Shown: in pieces, positions 9,461 through 17,380 of the stretch
Numbering within the stretch: position 1 is the stretch's first letter
Layout: the number at the start of each line of letters is the position of its first letter
Source: an uncultured Azospirillaceae bacterium
Lineage (GTDB): Bacteria > Pseudomonadota > Alphaproteobacteria > Rickettsiales > UBA3002
NCBI GenBank assembly: GCA_964352815.1
Contig: CAYGTO010000003.1
Span: 348-64,347 of the forward strand
Length of the DNA stretch: 64,000 nt
Direction: 5' to 3'
Made by a program: the position numbers and the translations under genes
Notes under the pieces: model-generated
Seen by the model: the letters and a program-made list of their open reading frames with translations, nothing else
Database searches by the model: none
What the model was told of the DNA's origin: nothing

Positions 9461-9679
9461 CTATCGCCCACGCGCGGCGTTGTGAAGTGATAATGAAGCG
9501 GGCTCAATGCTGAAATCAGCCGCAAGCGCCTGTTGATGCGGCGCGAGGGCGGCGGCCACCAAATCAGACGCACGTTCTGCATGCACTTCCCTCGTCGCAT
9601 TACCCGCGCCATAGATGCCATTAAGTGCTTCACGCATATCGGCAATCGAAGCGCTATTCATGTTACGCGGCAACGCCAT
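9461..9679 (-). CDS. Hypothetical small protein (72 aa), second gene of an orphan operon
   Basis: Start overlaps the end of the 329-aa ORF by 17 nt. No family recognised. Confidence 0.4.
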   Translation of the reverse strand: MALPRNMNSASIADMREALNGIYGAGNATREVHAERASDLVAAALAPHQQALAADFSIEPASLSLHNAARGR

Positions 9680-10652
9680 GGGGCACCTCCATAATCGTCA
9701 GAATGCTGTCATGCAGCCGGTCAGCAAACGCGTCGCGCTCTTTATAGGGGAAGGACGGCTTTTGCTTGAGAATAAAAGCGATATCCAGGCGCACATACTG
9801 CAGGTAATGCTGCAAAATTGGCATGCGATACGCATTCCCCTTTGCGCATAAAATCACTTCCATCATCGCCGCAAACCGCGCACGTTGGCGAACCCGGTCG
9901 GGTGATGAGTTCACCGACGGAATCCCACCTTCAAGGACCGATTGCGCTTGGCGATATTCTTGATCACGGCTCGGCGCGTGAATGTTCCAGCGCTCAAGAA
10001 GATAGGCGTCGATCGCTTCAGCAAGCGTGCCGCGGCCAATCAATTTCTCCATCGCAAAGCACACATCAAATAACGCACCGGTCGAATGGCGACGGCGGCC
10101 AGTTTCTTCGGGATAATCGAGATGCTGCGCAGCCAAATGGATAAACAGATTGTGCGGGAATCCACCCGGCGCAGCAGCATCAAGATCGTCAACGTGGAGT
10201 TCCATCGTTGAATTTGCATTCACATATTTCGCAGGGACCGGCGCGGTTCCCGGGCCATGCATCAGCCACTTACCACGCTCGGTGAAAATTTCGACAAAAT
10301 CGAGCGAGCTATCAGCCGCCTCATACATCTGGCGCGCGAAGGTCGCGAGCGCCGGCAGTGCCCAGTGCGACATACCATCCAGCACCTCATCATGGAACAG
10401 CGCCGCGAGCTCGTTCCAGCTTTCAATCTTCGCCTCGCAATGCACCCAGCCATCCTTATCGAAATGGGTGGTGAGCGGCGCGGGGTTTTTGACCCGCTTG
10501 ATCACGAGCTGCTGACGCGGAATGGCCCCGGTCACCTCACACGGCGTCACTTGGCGCAGCGTCACCAGTTTCGGCAGCGCGACATTGAGCGCAATCAGCG
10601 GCGCAAATGCCTCGCATGCATCGTTATAGAGCGTGTCCAGTTTATTCGTCAT
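9663..10652 (-). CDS. Hypothetical protein (329 aa), first gene of an orphan operon
   Basis: Long ORF with coding-like composition. No motif recognised. Confidence 0.6.
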   Translation of the reverse strand: MTNKLDTLYNDACEAFAPLIALNVALPKLVTLRQVTPCEVTGAIPRQQLVIKRVKNPAPLTTHFDKDGWVHCEAKIESWNELAALFHDEVLDGMSHWALPALATFARQMYEAADSSLDFVEIFTERGKWLMHGPGTAPVPAKYVNANSTMELHVDDLDAAAPGGFPHNLFIHLAAQHLDYPEETGRRRHSTGALFDVCFAMEKLIGRGTLAEAIDAYLLERWNIHAPSRDQEYRQAQSVLEGGIPSVNSSPDRVRQRARFAAMMEVILCAKGNAYRMPILQHYLQYVRLDIAFILKQKPSFPYKERDAFADRLHDSILTIMEVPHGVAA

Positions 10653-10705
10653 ACTATTAGAAATAGCAGGAAAATGTTAAGGCGAGGTTAATGGACTCTC
10701 TGGAT

Positions 10706-10862
10706 GTCATCCTCGGGGCATTTGTCAGACCTGTCCTCCGAAGCTTTAGCGTAGGAGGAAGACAAATGATCCCGGGGATCCAGAATTGAAATGTCAGGAA
10801 GACATTCATGGAATGGATTGCCTGGATGCGCTCGCTTTCTGCTCGCTTACCGTGGCAATGAC
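10706..10862. repeat. Nested palindromic elements (family 2 carrying an inserted CCTCC..GGAGG hairpin, then family 1 in reverse)
   Basis: GTCATCCTCGGGGCATTTGTC...GACAAATGATCCCGGGGATCC resembles 59581-59625. The inner hairpin resembles 25492-25527. 10791-10862 is the reverse complement of the 3616/46966 element. Confidence 0.7.
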
Positions 10863-11010
10863 AGCATTTTAACGAGCGAAGCCAGCAGGCGTAGCCCTTC
10901 AGTTTCAGAAAATACACAAGCGAAGTCAGCAGACTTCGCCAGTCATGAACCCGCGAAGCGGCGTTCCATCGCGAGATCAGGAGATCGAGCGGGGAACAGA
11001 AAAAACAATT

Positions 11011-11037
11011 AAAAAAGGCCGGGATTTCTCCCAGCCT
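11011..11037 (-). terminator. Rho-independent terminator candidate for the 11063..11914 gene
   Basis: Minus strand reads AAGGCTGGGAGAAATCCCGGCCTTTTTT. GC stem followed by a T-run. Confidence 0.5.
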
Positions 11038-11062
11038 TATTGATGTTTGAATCTGCGTTCGC

Positions 11063-11914
11063 TTATGCGCGGCCCGCTTCCATCGATGCCAGCTCTTGCT
11101 GCGCACGCACCATATCTGCGTGGCCCATCTGAGGCCCGCCCTGACGCATCGCTGCTTCCATGGCTGCCATTTCTTCTGGCGTGACTTGCGGCATGCCGCC
11201 TTGCGGAGCGTAGGCTGCATTGTCATAGCCCATCTCATCCTCTTTGCTACCACCGAAGAGCGCACGTGCACCGAGGATCGCACCACCGATGATTGCTAAA
11301 CGGCCTGCAGCGCTTGCAGCGCGACCACCCAACCCTTCATAGGCTTTGATAGTTTCCGTGAGCTTCCCACCATTCTCTGCCACACGCGTCATGCCGGTGA
11401 ATGGCTTAACCATCCAATTCCATGCTTTGGTTAATCGTCCTGCCTTCTCAAGCCCACCGAGCGCCGCCTTCTCAAGATTCTTGATCACTCCGGCCAGTTC
11501 AGCACCTTCCACTGTAAAAGCTGCTTTAAAAGCTTCCTTGTCACCAAGCGCTTTCTTGACAGCTTCTTTGATGGCTTTCTCTGCTTCGCCCTCTTTCGCC
11601 AAATTTTCAGCTTTCAAGCCTTTCAAACTTTCCGTAACTTTCTCTGCCAAGGCTTTAAATGCGCCCTCTTCGGTTTTTACGGCGAGATTCTCAGCGCCCT
11701 TAATGCCTTTTATTGCTTCTTCGAGCTGGGCTACGAGCTCGTTCTGAATCTTTGATGCTGCATTTTCACCACCGAGATTCTCTGTAAGTGAGGCAAGCGC
11801 CCCCTTACTTTCAAACGCCTTCTTCATTTCAGCGAAGAACCCGCCTTTAATTGCTTCTTTATTCGTCAGTACTAGCACTGCTTCTTCTGTTGCCGCTTTT
11901 GCTTCTTCAGCCAT
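11063..11914 (-). CDS. Hypothetical Ala/Lys/Glu-rich protein with Gly-rich hydrophobic segment
   Basis: Start MAEEAKAAT preceded by SD AAGGGGA. Helical A/K/E repeats, then RLAIIGGAILGARALFGG. No family recognised. Confidence 0.65.
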   Translation of the reverse strand: MAEEAKAATEEAVLVLTNKEAIKGGFFAEMKKAFESKGALASLTENLGGENAASKIQNELVAQLEEAIKGIKGAENLAVKTEEGAFKALAEKVTESLKGLKAENLAKEGEAEKAIKEAVKKALGDKEAFKAAFTVEGAELAGVIKNLEKAALGGLEKAGRLTKAWNWMVKPFTGMTRVAENGGKLTETIKAYEGLGGRAASAAGRLAIIGGAILGARALFGGSKEDEMGYDNAAYAPQGGMPQVTPEEMAAMEAAMRQGGPQMGHADMVRAQQELASMEAGRA

Positions 11915-11950
11915 GGTTCTATCCCCTTCAGGTATAATTTCGATGCTCCC

Positions 11951-12006
11951 AGTATGCACATGCTTTGTTACAGTTTTATGACAGTCCGGTGACGGTTGTA
12001 TGACAA
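11951..12006 (-). promoter_or_regulatory. Tandem Pho-box-like direct repeats plus -10 hexamer
   Basis: Gene strand reads TTGTCATACAACCGTCAC cgga CTGTCATAAAACTGTAAC, then 10 nt, then CATACT. Confidence 0.5.
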
Positions 12007-12104
12007 TTGCGGATGAAAACGAATTGAATATTCGTTTTCAACGTAAAATTAGAGAAAGCTAGTCATGCGAGATGGCGGTCGAAGCATGGCTAAGCTGATC
12101 TGTG
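12003..12104 (+). ncRNA. Candidate structured RNA element, copy A
   Basis: Hairpin 1 is TGAAAACGAAT-TGAAT-ATTCGTTTTCA, perfect 11 bp. Hairpin 2 is AGCTAGTCATGC...GCATGGCTAAGCT. Conserved linker CAACGTAAAATTAGAGAAAGCT and 3' GCTGATCTG. Confidence 0.4.
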
Positions 12105-12173
12105 TGACACATTGCAACGTCATCTTCGGCCGCACTGCTGTGCGTGTCGGAGCTCTGTAGCATAACGTGAGAA

Positions 12174-12300
12174 GATCCCCGAGATCGGCTAAGCCGACTC
12201 GAGGATGACGTATTGAGAAGAACCGAGGTCAGGAAACCGAGCCTTTAGTCGGCGCAGCCGTTAGGCTCATTGCGTAGGACAGCAGTCCGGAGCAGGAGCG
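12174..12300. repeat. Palindromic elements (family 2 in reverse, then family 3)
   Basis: GATCCCCGAG..CTCGAGGATGAC, then CGAGGTCAGGAAACCGAGCCTTTAGTCGGCGCAGCCGTTAGGCTCATTGCG.., similar to 48960-49036, 51344-51409 and 56787-56898. Confidence 0.6.
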
Positions 12301-12311
12301 ATTTAAAAAAA

Positions 12312-13550
12312 TCAATTATCACTCATCTTCAACGCTTCAATAAAAGCGGTTTGCGGGATGTCGACATTCCCGATCGAGCGCATCTTTTTCTTACCTTTCT
12401 TCTGTTTATCCAGAAGCTTACGCTTCCGCGACACATCGCCGCCATAGCATTTCGCGGTCACGTCTTTACGCATCGCGGCAATGGTTTCGCGCGCAATCAC
12501 TTTGCCGCCAATCGCCGCTTGAATCGGAATCTTAAAGAGATGACGCGGGATCAAATCCTTCAAACGCCCACACAGCGCCCTGCCCCGCGGATCGGCCTGG
12601 CTGCGATGCACCATCATCGCCAGCGCATCGACATTCTCGCCATTGACCAAAATGGTCACCTTAACCAGATCACCCTCCTCATAGCCATCCATCTCATAAT
12701 CGAAGCTGGCATAGCCTTTGGTGCAGCTCTTCAGCCGGTCATAAAAGTCAAACACCACCTCATTAAGCGGCAAGCGATACACCGCCATCGCGCGGCTGCC
12801 GACATAGGTCAGATCCTTCTGAACGCCGCGTTTCTCGGTGCAAAGCGACAGCACATTGCCGAGAAATTCATCGGGCACCATGATCGTCGCCTTGATCCAC
12901 GGTTCTTCAATGCTGGCGATTTGCGTCGGGTCGGGGTAATCCGCCGGGTTATGCAGCTCCTTGGTCTCGCCATTGCTCAAATGCATTTTATAGACCACGC
13001 TCGGCGCGGTGGTCACCAGGTCACAGTCAAACTCGCGCTCGAGCCGCTCCTGGATGATTTCCAGATGCAGTAGCCCTAAAAATCCGCAGCGAAAGCCAAA
13101 GCCAAGCGCTTGAGATGACTCCATTTCATAGGAAAAGCTGGCATCATTCAACCGCAATTTCGCGAGCGACTCTTTTAAATGTTCAAACTCACCATTATCG
13201 GTCGGATACAGCCCACAAAACACCACTGACTGCACTGGCTTAAAGCCCGGAAGCGGCTTATCCGCAGGCTTTCCCGCATCGGTGATGGTATCCCCCACAT
13301 TGGTGTCGGCCACCTGCTTAATCCCGGTCATCATATAGCCGACCTCGCCCGCACTTAAGCTTTTTACCTGCGTCATTTTAGGTGTAAAATAGCCAAGTTG
13401 ATCGACGTCATGGACCGTTCCCGCATTCATCATCTTGATTTTCTGGCCTTTTTTAATCTCGCCTTCAAACACGCGAATGAGAATGATCACACCTAGATAA
13501 GTGTCATACCAGGAGTCGATAAGGAGGGCTTTGAGGGGGGTGTCGTGCAC
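12312..13550 (-). CDS. lepA: Elongation factor 4 (LepA), C-terminal fragment (domains II to C-terminal domain), separate ORF
   Basis: GTG-initiated ORF beginning [20 protein letters not shown]. That is the point where LepA continues after the G domain. The rest is LepA-like through to the C-terminus. Confidence 0.85.
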   Translation of the reverse strand: MHDTPLKALLIDSWYDTYLGVIILIRVFEGEIKKGQKIKMMNAGTVHDVDQLGYFTPKMTQVKSLSAGEVGYMMTGIKQVADTNVGDTITDAGKPADKPLPGFKPVQSVVFCGLYPTDNGEFEHLKESLAKLRLNDASFSYEMESSQALGFGFRCGFLGLLHLEIIQERLEREFDCDLVTTAPSVVYKMHLSNGETKELHNPADYPDPTQIASIEEPWIKATIMVPDEFLGNVLSLCTEKRGVQKDLTYVGSRAMAVYRLPLNEVVFDFYDRLKSCTKGYASFDYEMDGYEEGDLVKVTILVNGENVDALAMMVHRSQADPRGRALCGRLKDLIPRHLFKIPIQAAIGGKVIARETIAAMRKDVTAKCYGGDVSRKRKLLDKQKKGKKKMRSIGNVDIPQTAFIEALKMSDN

Positions 13551-13659
13551 GTCTATTCTTTAATATGTTCCATTTTCATCATTGGAACGCATCAATAGAG
13601 GATTAACAATTGGCTGTCACTATATTATAGTAGCTACGCACAATCAAAGGAGGCATCTG

Positions 13660-13893
13660 ATGAAACTGACTGAAGAACAGACACACCAGATTACGGATGT
13701 GTTTAAAAAAGATCCCGAATTTGCGCGATATGTTGAGAGTATCGTGAATGATCTGTGGGATAAGAGCGACGCTGACGGCCGCATGGCGTTGGCGGGCAAT
13801 GTCGCATTCCACTTTCAACAGCGCGGCGTTGAGCTTCCGGTGAGCGCGGATGGGAGTGGCATCACGGTTCAGGATATACACGCAGCGCAATAG
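13660..13893 (+). CDS. Hypothetical small protein (77 aa) encoded inside the lepA-splitting insert, opposite strand
   Basis: ATG at 13660 preceded by a strong SD, AAAGGAGG. No family recognised. Confidence 0.5.
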   Translation: MKLTEEQTHQITDVFKKDPEFARYVESIVNDLWDKSDADGRMALAGNVAFHFQQRGVELPVSADGSGITVQDIHAAQ

Positions 13894-13905
13894 GCCAGTT
13901 AGAGG

Positions 13906-14478
13906 TTAGGCCGCCATTTTCGGCGCGGGAAGCCGGGTGACGATCGCTTCGAGCATTTCGTCAATCCCAAGGCCGGTTTTCGCGGAACAGAGCACGGCTT
14001 CGCTCGCATCAATCCCGATCACATCTTCAATCTGCTCGCGCACTCGGTCAGGGTCAGCGGCAGGAAGATCGATTTTGTTGAGCACAGGAATAATTTCGAG
14101 ATCTAAATCAATCGCCTGATAGACATTGGCGAGTGTCTGCGCTTCGACCCCTTGCGCAGCATCCACCACCAATAGCGCGCCTTCGCACGCCGCCAAACAG
14201 CGGCTCACCTCATAGGCAAAATCGACATGGCCCGGCGTGTCCATCAGGTTGAGAATATAGGTCTCGCCATCCTTGGCCTTATATTCGAGCCGCACTGTCT
14301 GCGATTTAATCGTAATCCCCCGCTCGCGCTCAATGTCCATATTATCGAGCATCTGCTCACCCAAATCCCGGTCCTCCACCGCGCCGCAGGCCTGAATCAG
14401 CCGGTCCGCCAGCGTCGACTTGCCATGGTCAATATGCGCAATGATAGAGAAATTTCGAATTTTCGTGATGTCTGTCAT
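13906..14478 (-). CDS. lepA: Elongation factor 4 (LepA), N-terminal GTPase-domain fragment, separate ORF
   Basis: G1 [10 protein letters not shown]3 DTPGH, G4 NKID. Ends ...[12 protein letters not shown]-stop, where intact LepA proteins continue in frame. Confidence 0.9.
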   Translation of the reverse strand: MTDITKIRNFSIIAHIDHGKSTLADRLIQACGAVEDRDLGEQMLDNMDIERERGITIKSQTVRLEYKAKDGETYILNLMDTPGHVDFAYEVSRCLAACEGALLVVDAAQGVEAQTLANVYQAIDLDLEIIPVLNKIDLPAADPDRVREQIEDVIGIDASEAVLCSAKTGLGIDEMLEAIVTRLPAPKMAA

Positions 14479-14653
14479 GTGTGAGTTGCTTGTTACTGGT
14501 TGCTAGTTACTAATGGGGCAATGGGGAATTGGCAATAGGGAATAGACTTTCTGTGGGTGTCATCCCGTCGCATGACGGCCAATCTTTCTGGACTGCTTCG
14601 CTTTGCTCGCAGAGTCGATTATTTATCATAATAAAGCGATAAAAACTCTCATT

Positions 14654-14687
14654 TCGTCATCATACTGTCATAGAGCACCGCTATACT
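14654..14687 (+). promoter_or_regulatory. Pho-box-like direct repeat plus -10 hexamer upstream of the ankyrin gene
   Basis: TCGTCATCATACTGTCAT, 10 nt, TATACT. The ATG lies 12 nt further downstream. Confidence 0.5.
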
Positions 14688-14698
14688 AAAGTGATTTT

Positions 14699-15868
14699 AT
14701 GGCAATAACACGCGAGAGGAATAGCAAATCTGTGCGATCATCTAAAAAGCAAGAACCATTACTGAGAACTCTAGAAGAGCTTTTAATAGAGGAAAAATTA
14801 CAGCATGACAAGCTGCTAGAGGCGATTCGTGTAAAAGATAATAGTGTCGCGCTGGATCTTATACAAAGCGGCGTTGCTCTTGACGTTAAAAACATGTTTG
14901 GCTCTACCGCTCTACACGAGGCATGCTTAAAGCGCATGGAGCCCGTCGCCATCGCAATGATTCAACATGGCGCGCCTCTTGATGCAACCGATATGGGCGG
15001 TGAAACGCCTTTACATGCGGCATGTTCTCGCAAATTAGAAAAAGCCGCAGAGCATATGCTTGATCGTGGCGCCAGTGTAAACACTGAAAACCAACAAGGA
15101 GACACAGCGCTTTTCTACGCGAGCTTAACTGAAATGAGTGATACCGTTGCGGCCATGATTAACGCCGGAGCAAAGCCACTTTCTATGGGACAGCTCTCTT
15201 CTTTGAGTTCGGATCAAAAGGAGTCTCTCGCAGGCATTGCACATTCTTTGGCAAAGCAAAATATCCCTCTAAAACATCTTGTCACATCTGAAATCACAAA
15301 CGATTTTTACTTGGCTTGTATGATGGGATGGGAAGATGCGGCAATAGCAATTATAGAGCAAAAAGGCATTCCTACACGGCTCAACGACACACAAAATGCG
15401 CTGCATTGTGCGTGCTCGAAAGGTTTACATAGCGTTGCCAGCTTATTACTGGATACAAAGAAGGGGCCATCTCTACTGAAACAAAAGAATATATTTGGTG
15501 AGACCCCTCTTCACATTGCGTGCTCGAAAGGTTTGTCGGATATTGCTTTAAAAATGATAGAAATGGGTGCACCACTTGATGCTGTCGATAAAACTGGCAA
15601 CACCCCCCTGCACCGGGCATGTGAGCGTAATTTAGGTCATGTGGCAAAGCGTATGCTGGAAAATGGGGCCAACCCTATGATAAGTAACCTGGAAGGAGAT
15701 ACTGCGCTCTCCATTTCTAAACGCCTAGAGATCCCAGAAGTCGCAGAACATATAGATAGGAGGTTTACTCATGGTGCCATTGATGAGTGTGCACCATGTA
15801 ATGTACTTGAAATAGTTGATGCGAGCCTGCAACCACTCAGTGTGGAGTCAATAGACCAGCAACGATAG
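14699..15868 (+). CDS. Ankyrin-repeat protein
   Basis: Multiple ANK units (GSTALHEACLK..., GETPLHAACSRK..., GDTALFYAS, GETPLHIACSKG, GNTPLHRACERN, GDTALSIS). Confidence 0.85.
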   Translation: MAITRERNSKSVRSSKKQEPLLRTLEELLIEEKLQHDKLLEAIRVKDNSVALDLIQSGVALDVKNMFGSTALHEACLKRMEPVAIAMIQHGAPLDATDMGGETPLHAACSRKLEKAAEHMLDRGASVNTENQQGDTALFYASLTEMSDTVAAMINAGAKPLSMGQLSSLSSDQKESLAGIAHSLAKQNIPLKHLVTSEITNDFYLACMMGWEDAAIAIIEQKGIPTRLNDTQNALHCACSKGLHSVASLLLDTKKGPSLLKQKNIFGETPLHIACSKGLSDIALKMIEMGAPLDAVDKTGNTPLHRACERNLGHVAKRMLENGANPMISNLEGDTALSISKRLEIPEVAEHIDRRFTHGAIDECAPCNVLEIVDASLQPLSVESIDQQR

Positions 15869-15994
15869 ATATCGTAGGAACATAGCCGTCCGTTTCATAC
15901 TTTCCCCTTGCACTTGCCATACTTTCCGCTATACCACGCTTACAACTCTTGGCTATATGAGCAATGAAGCTCAAGCGAAAGAAGGAGAGAAGAC

Positions 15995-16483
15995 ATGGCA
16001 GCAGTAATGCGTATGCAACGCGGTGGGCAGAAAAAACGCCCTTATTACCGCATTGTGGTGGCCGATAAGCGCGCCCCACGTGATGGAAAATATATCGAAA
16101 AAGTAGGCACTTTTAACCCGATGGTTGCGAATGACAATCCGGAGCGTTTGGTGCTGGTGAAAGAGCGTATTGAGCATTGGCTCGGCGAAGGCGTGTTGCC
16201 ATCGGAGCGTGTTCAAAAGTTGCTTGCGAAAGAAGGCATGGCGGAAGCACCATCTTACGAAGGTAAGCCGCAGAAAGCGCGCAAGCGTCCAGACAAAAAG
16301 ACCCGTAAAGAGTTGAAAACAGAAGCAGACGCAGACGCCGCGAAGCAGGCGGAAGAAGAAGCCAAGGCCGCAGCAGAAGCACCGGCTGAGGAAGCCCCTG
16401 CAGAGGAAGCAGCAGCCGAAGAGGCACCTGCGGAAGAAGCGAAAGAGGAAGCGGCTGACGCAGAAGAAGAAACTAAGGAGTAA
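15995..16483 (+). CDS. rpsP: 30S ribosomal protein S16 with Ala/Glu/Lys-rich C-terminal extension
   Basis: [42 protein letters not shown] matches the S16 core. About 70 extra low-complexity residues. Confidence 0.9.
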   Translation: MAAVMRMQRGGQKKRPYYRIVVADKRAPRDGKYIEKVGTFNPMVANDNPERLVLVKERIEHWLGEGVLPSERVQKLLAKEGMAEAPSYEGKPQKARKRPDKKTRKELKTEADADAAKQAEEEAKAAAEAPAEEAPAEEAAAEEAPAEEAKEEAADAEEETKE

Positions 16484-16597
16484 CCTTCGTCATCCTGAGC
16501 GTATGCGAAGGATCTATCGTGCGTGTGGCATCATCGATTCTTCGGTCAGGGCATGGCCCTTCCCTCAGAATGACGAAAACGGAACCAAGGAGTAGTC

Positions 16598-16666
16598 ATG
16601 GGCATTGAAATCGCCATTGCTGCAGTCGCATTGACCTTCGCCATTGTTGGCGCCTTTAATTACTAA
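16598..16666 (+). CDS. Candidate 22-aa hydrophobic micropeptide (MGIEIAIAAVALTFAIVGAFNY)
   Basis: Own translation. SD AAGGAG lies 7 nt upstream of the ATG. Followed by an 8-bp GC hairpin at 16698-16717. Below the ORF-track size cutoff. Confidence 0.35.
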   Translation: MGIEIAIAAVALTFAIVGAFNY

Positions 16667-16834
16667 GGCTAGGCCAGGCACGCACGAAACATATGCAGCC
16701 CCGTTGGAAAACGGGGCCTCGTAGCCTTACGCTAGATCCCGGCTTTCGCCGGGATTACTGTTTCTGGGTTCTTTATGATTGGACTGCGTCGCATTTTCTG
16801 ACTAAAAAAACTTGCAGAACAACAGACTAAATTC

Positions 16835-17371
16835 ATGACATCTACCCCATCAGAACCCCTCCTCACCCTCGCGGTGATCACCGGTCCGCACGGTATTCGC
16901 GGCCAGGTCAAGGCCAAGCCCTTTACCGCATTTCCTGATGATATCCTCGCTTATGGCCCGCTTTCCTCGAAAGACGGATCGCGGCAGTTTGAGTGCACCA
17001 TCACCGGCGACGCAAAAGGCCAGCTGATTCTGTCGATCAAGGGCTCAGACTCGCGCAATGATGCGGACGCGCTCAAAGGCACCGAGCTGTGCGTGCCGCG
17101 CTCTGCCCTGCCCGAAGCAGAAGATGACGAGTTTTATATTAACGATTTGGTCGGCCTCACCGTCCAGCTGAGCGATGGCACCGCCCATGGCACGATCAAA
17201 GCCATGCATAATTTCGGCGCAGGCGACATTGTCGAGATCACACGGGCAAGTGATGGCAAGAGCGAAATGCAGCCCTTCCTTAACAGCGCCTTCCCAGAGA
17301 TTGATATGGAAAAGCGCACCCTCACCTTCCTCCCGCCTGAAACCATTGACGCGCGCGAGAATAAGGGATAG
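16835..17371 (+). CDS. rimM: 16S rRNA processing protein RimM
   Basis: GPHGIRGQVKAKPFT motif and the conserved position between rpsP and trmD. Confidence 0.85.
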   Translation: MTSTPSEPLLTLAVITGPHGIRGQVKAKPFTAFPDDILAYGPLSSKDGSRQFECTITGDAKGQLILSIKGSDSRNDADALKGTELCVPRSALPEAEDDEFYINDLVGLTVQLSDGTAHGTIKAMHNFGAGDIVEITRASDGKSEMQPFLNSAFPEIDMEKRTLTFLPPETIDARENKG

Positions 17372-17380
17372 GTCAGCGGC

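Noticed and set aside
10657-11286. 209-aa minus-strand ORF spanning the repeat cluster and the 3' end of the 11063..11914 gene
   Set aside because: It reads straight through nested palindromic elements and a terminator hairpin. It overlaps the better-supported gene in another frame.
11967-12006. Interpreting the GTCAT repeats simply as sigma70 -35 hexamers (ATGACA on the opposite strand resembles TTGACA)
   Set aside because: The repeats occur as 11-bp-phased direct repeats. They sit at a fixed phase (10 or 21-22 nt) from a -10 hexamer on the strand of the downstream orphan gene. This fits response-regulator boxes better. A divergent-promoter role for copies A and B of the structured element remains possible.
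12270-13073. 267-aa plus-strand ORF inside the lepA C-terminal fragment
   Set aside because: It is antisense to a clearly LepA-like reading frame. It has an Arg/His/Ile-rich shadow-ORF composition and no motif. It is typical of the opposite strand of GC3-biased genes.
13551-13905. The lepA intervening sequence as an intein or self-splicing intron
   Set aside because: It is not an intein, because an in-frame stop ends the N-fragment and the only ORF is on the opposite strand. It is too short for a group II intron. I could not recognise group I core pairings or splice-site context. RNA-level splicing cannot be fully excluded without RT-PCR.
16113-16427. 104-aa minus-strand ORF in the rpsP tail region
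   Set aside because: It is antisense to the low-complexity GAA/GCN repeat of the S16 extension. Such repeats stay open in several frames by chance.
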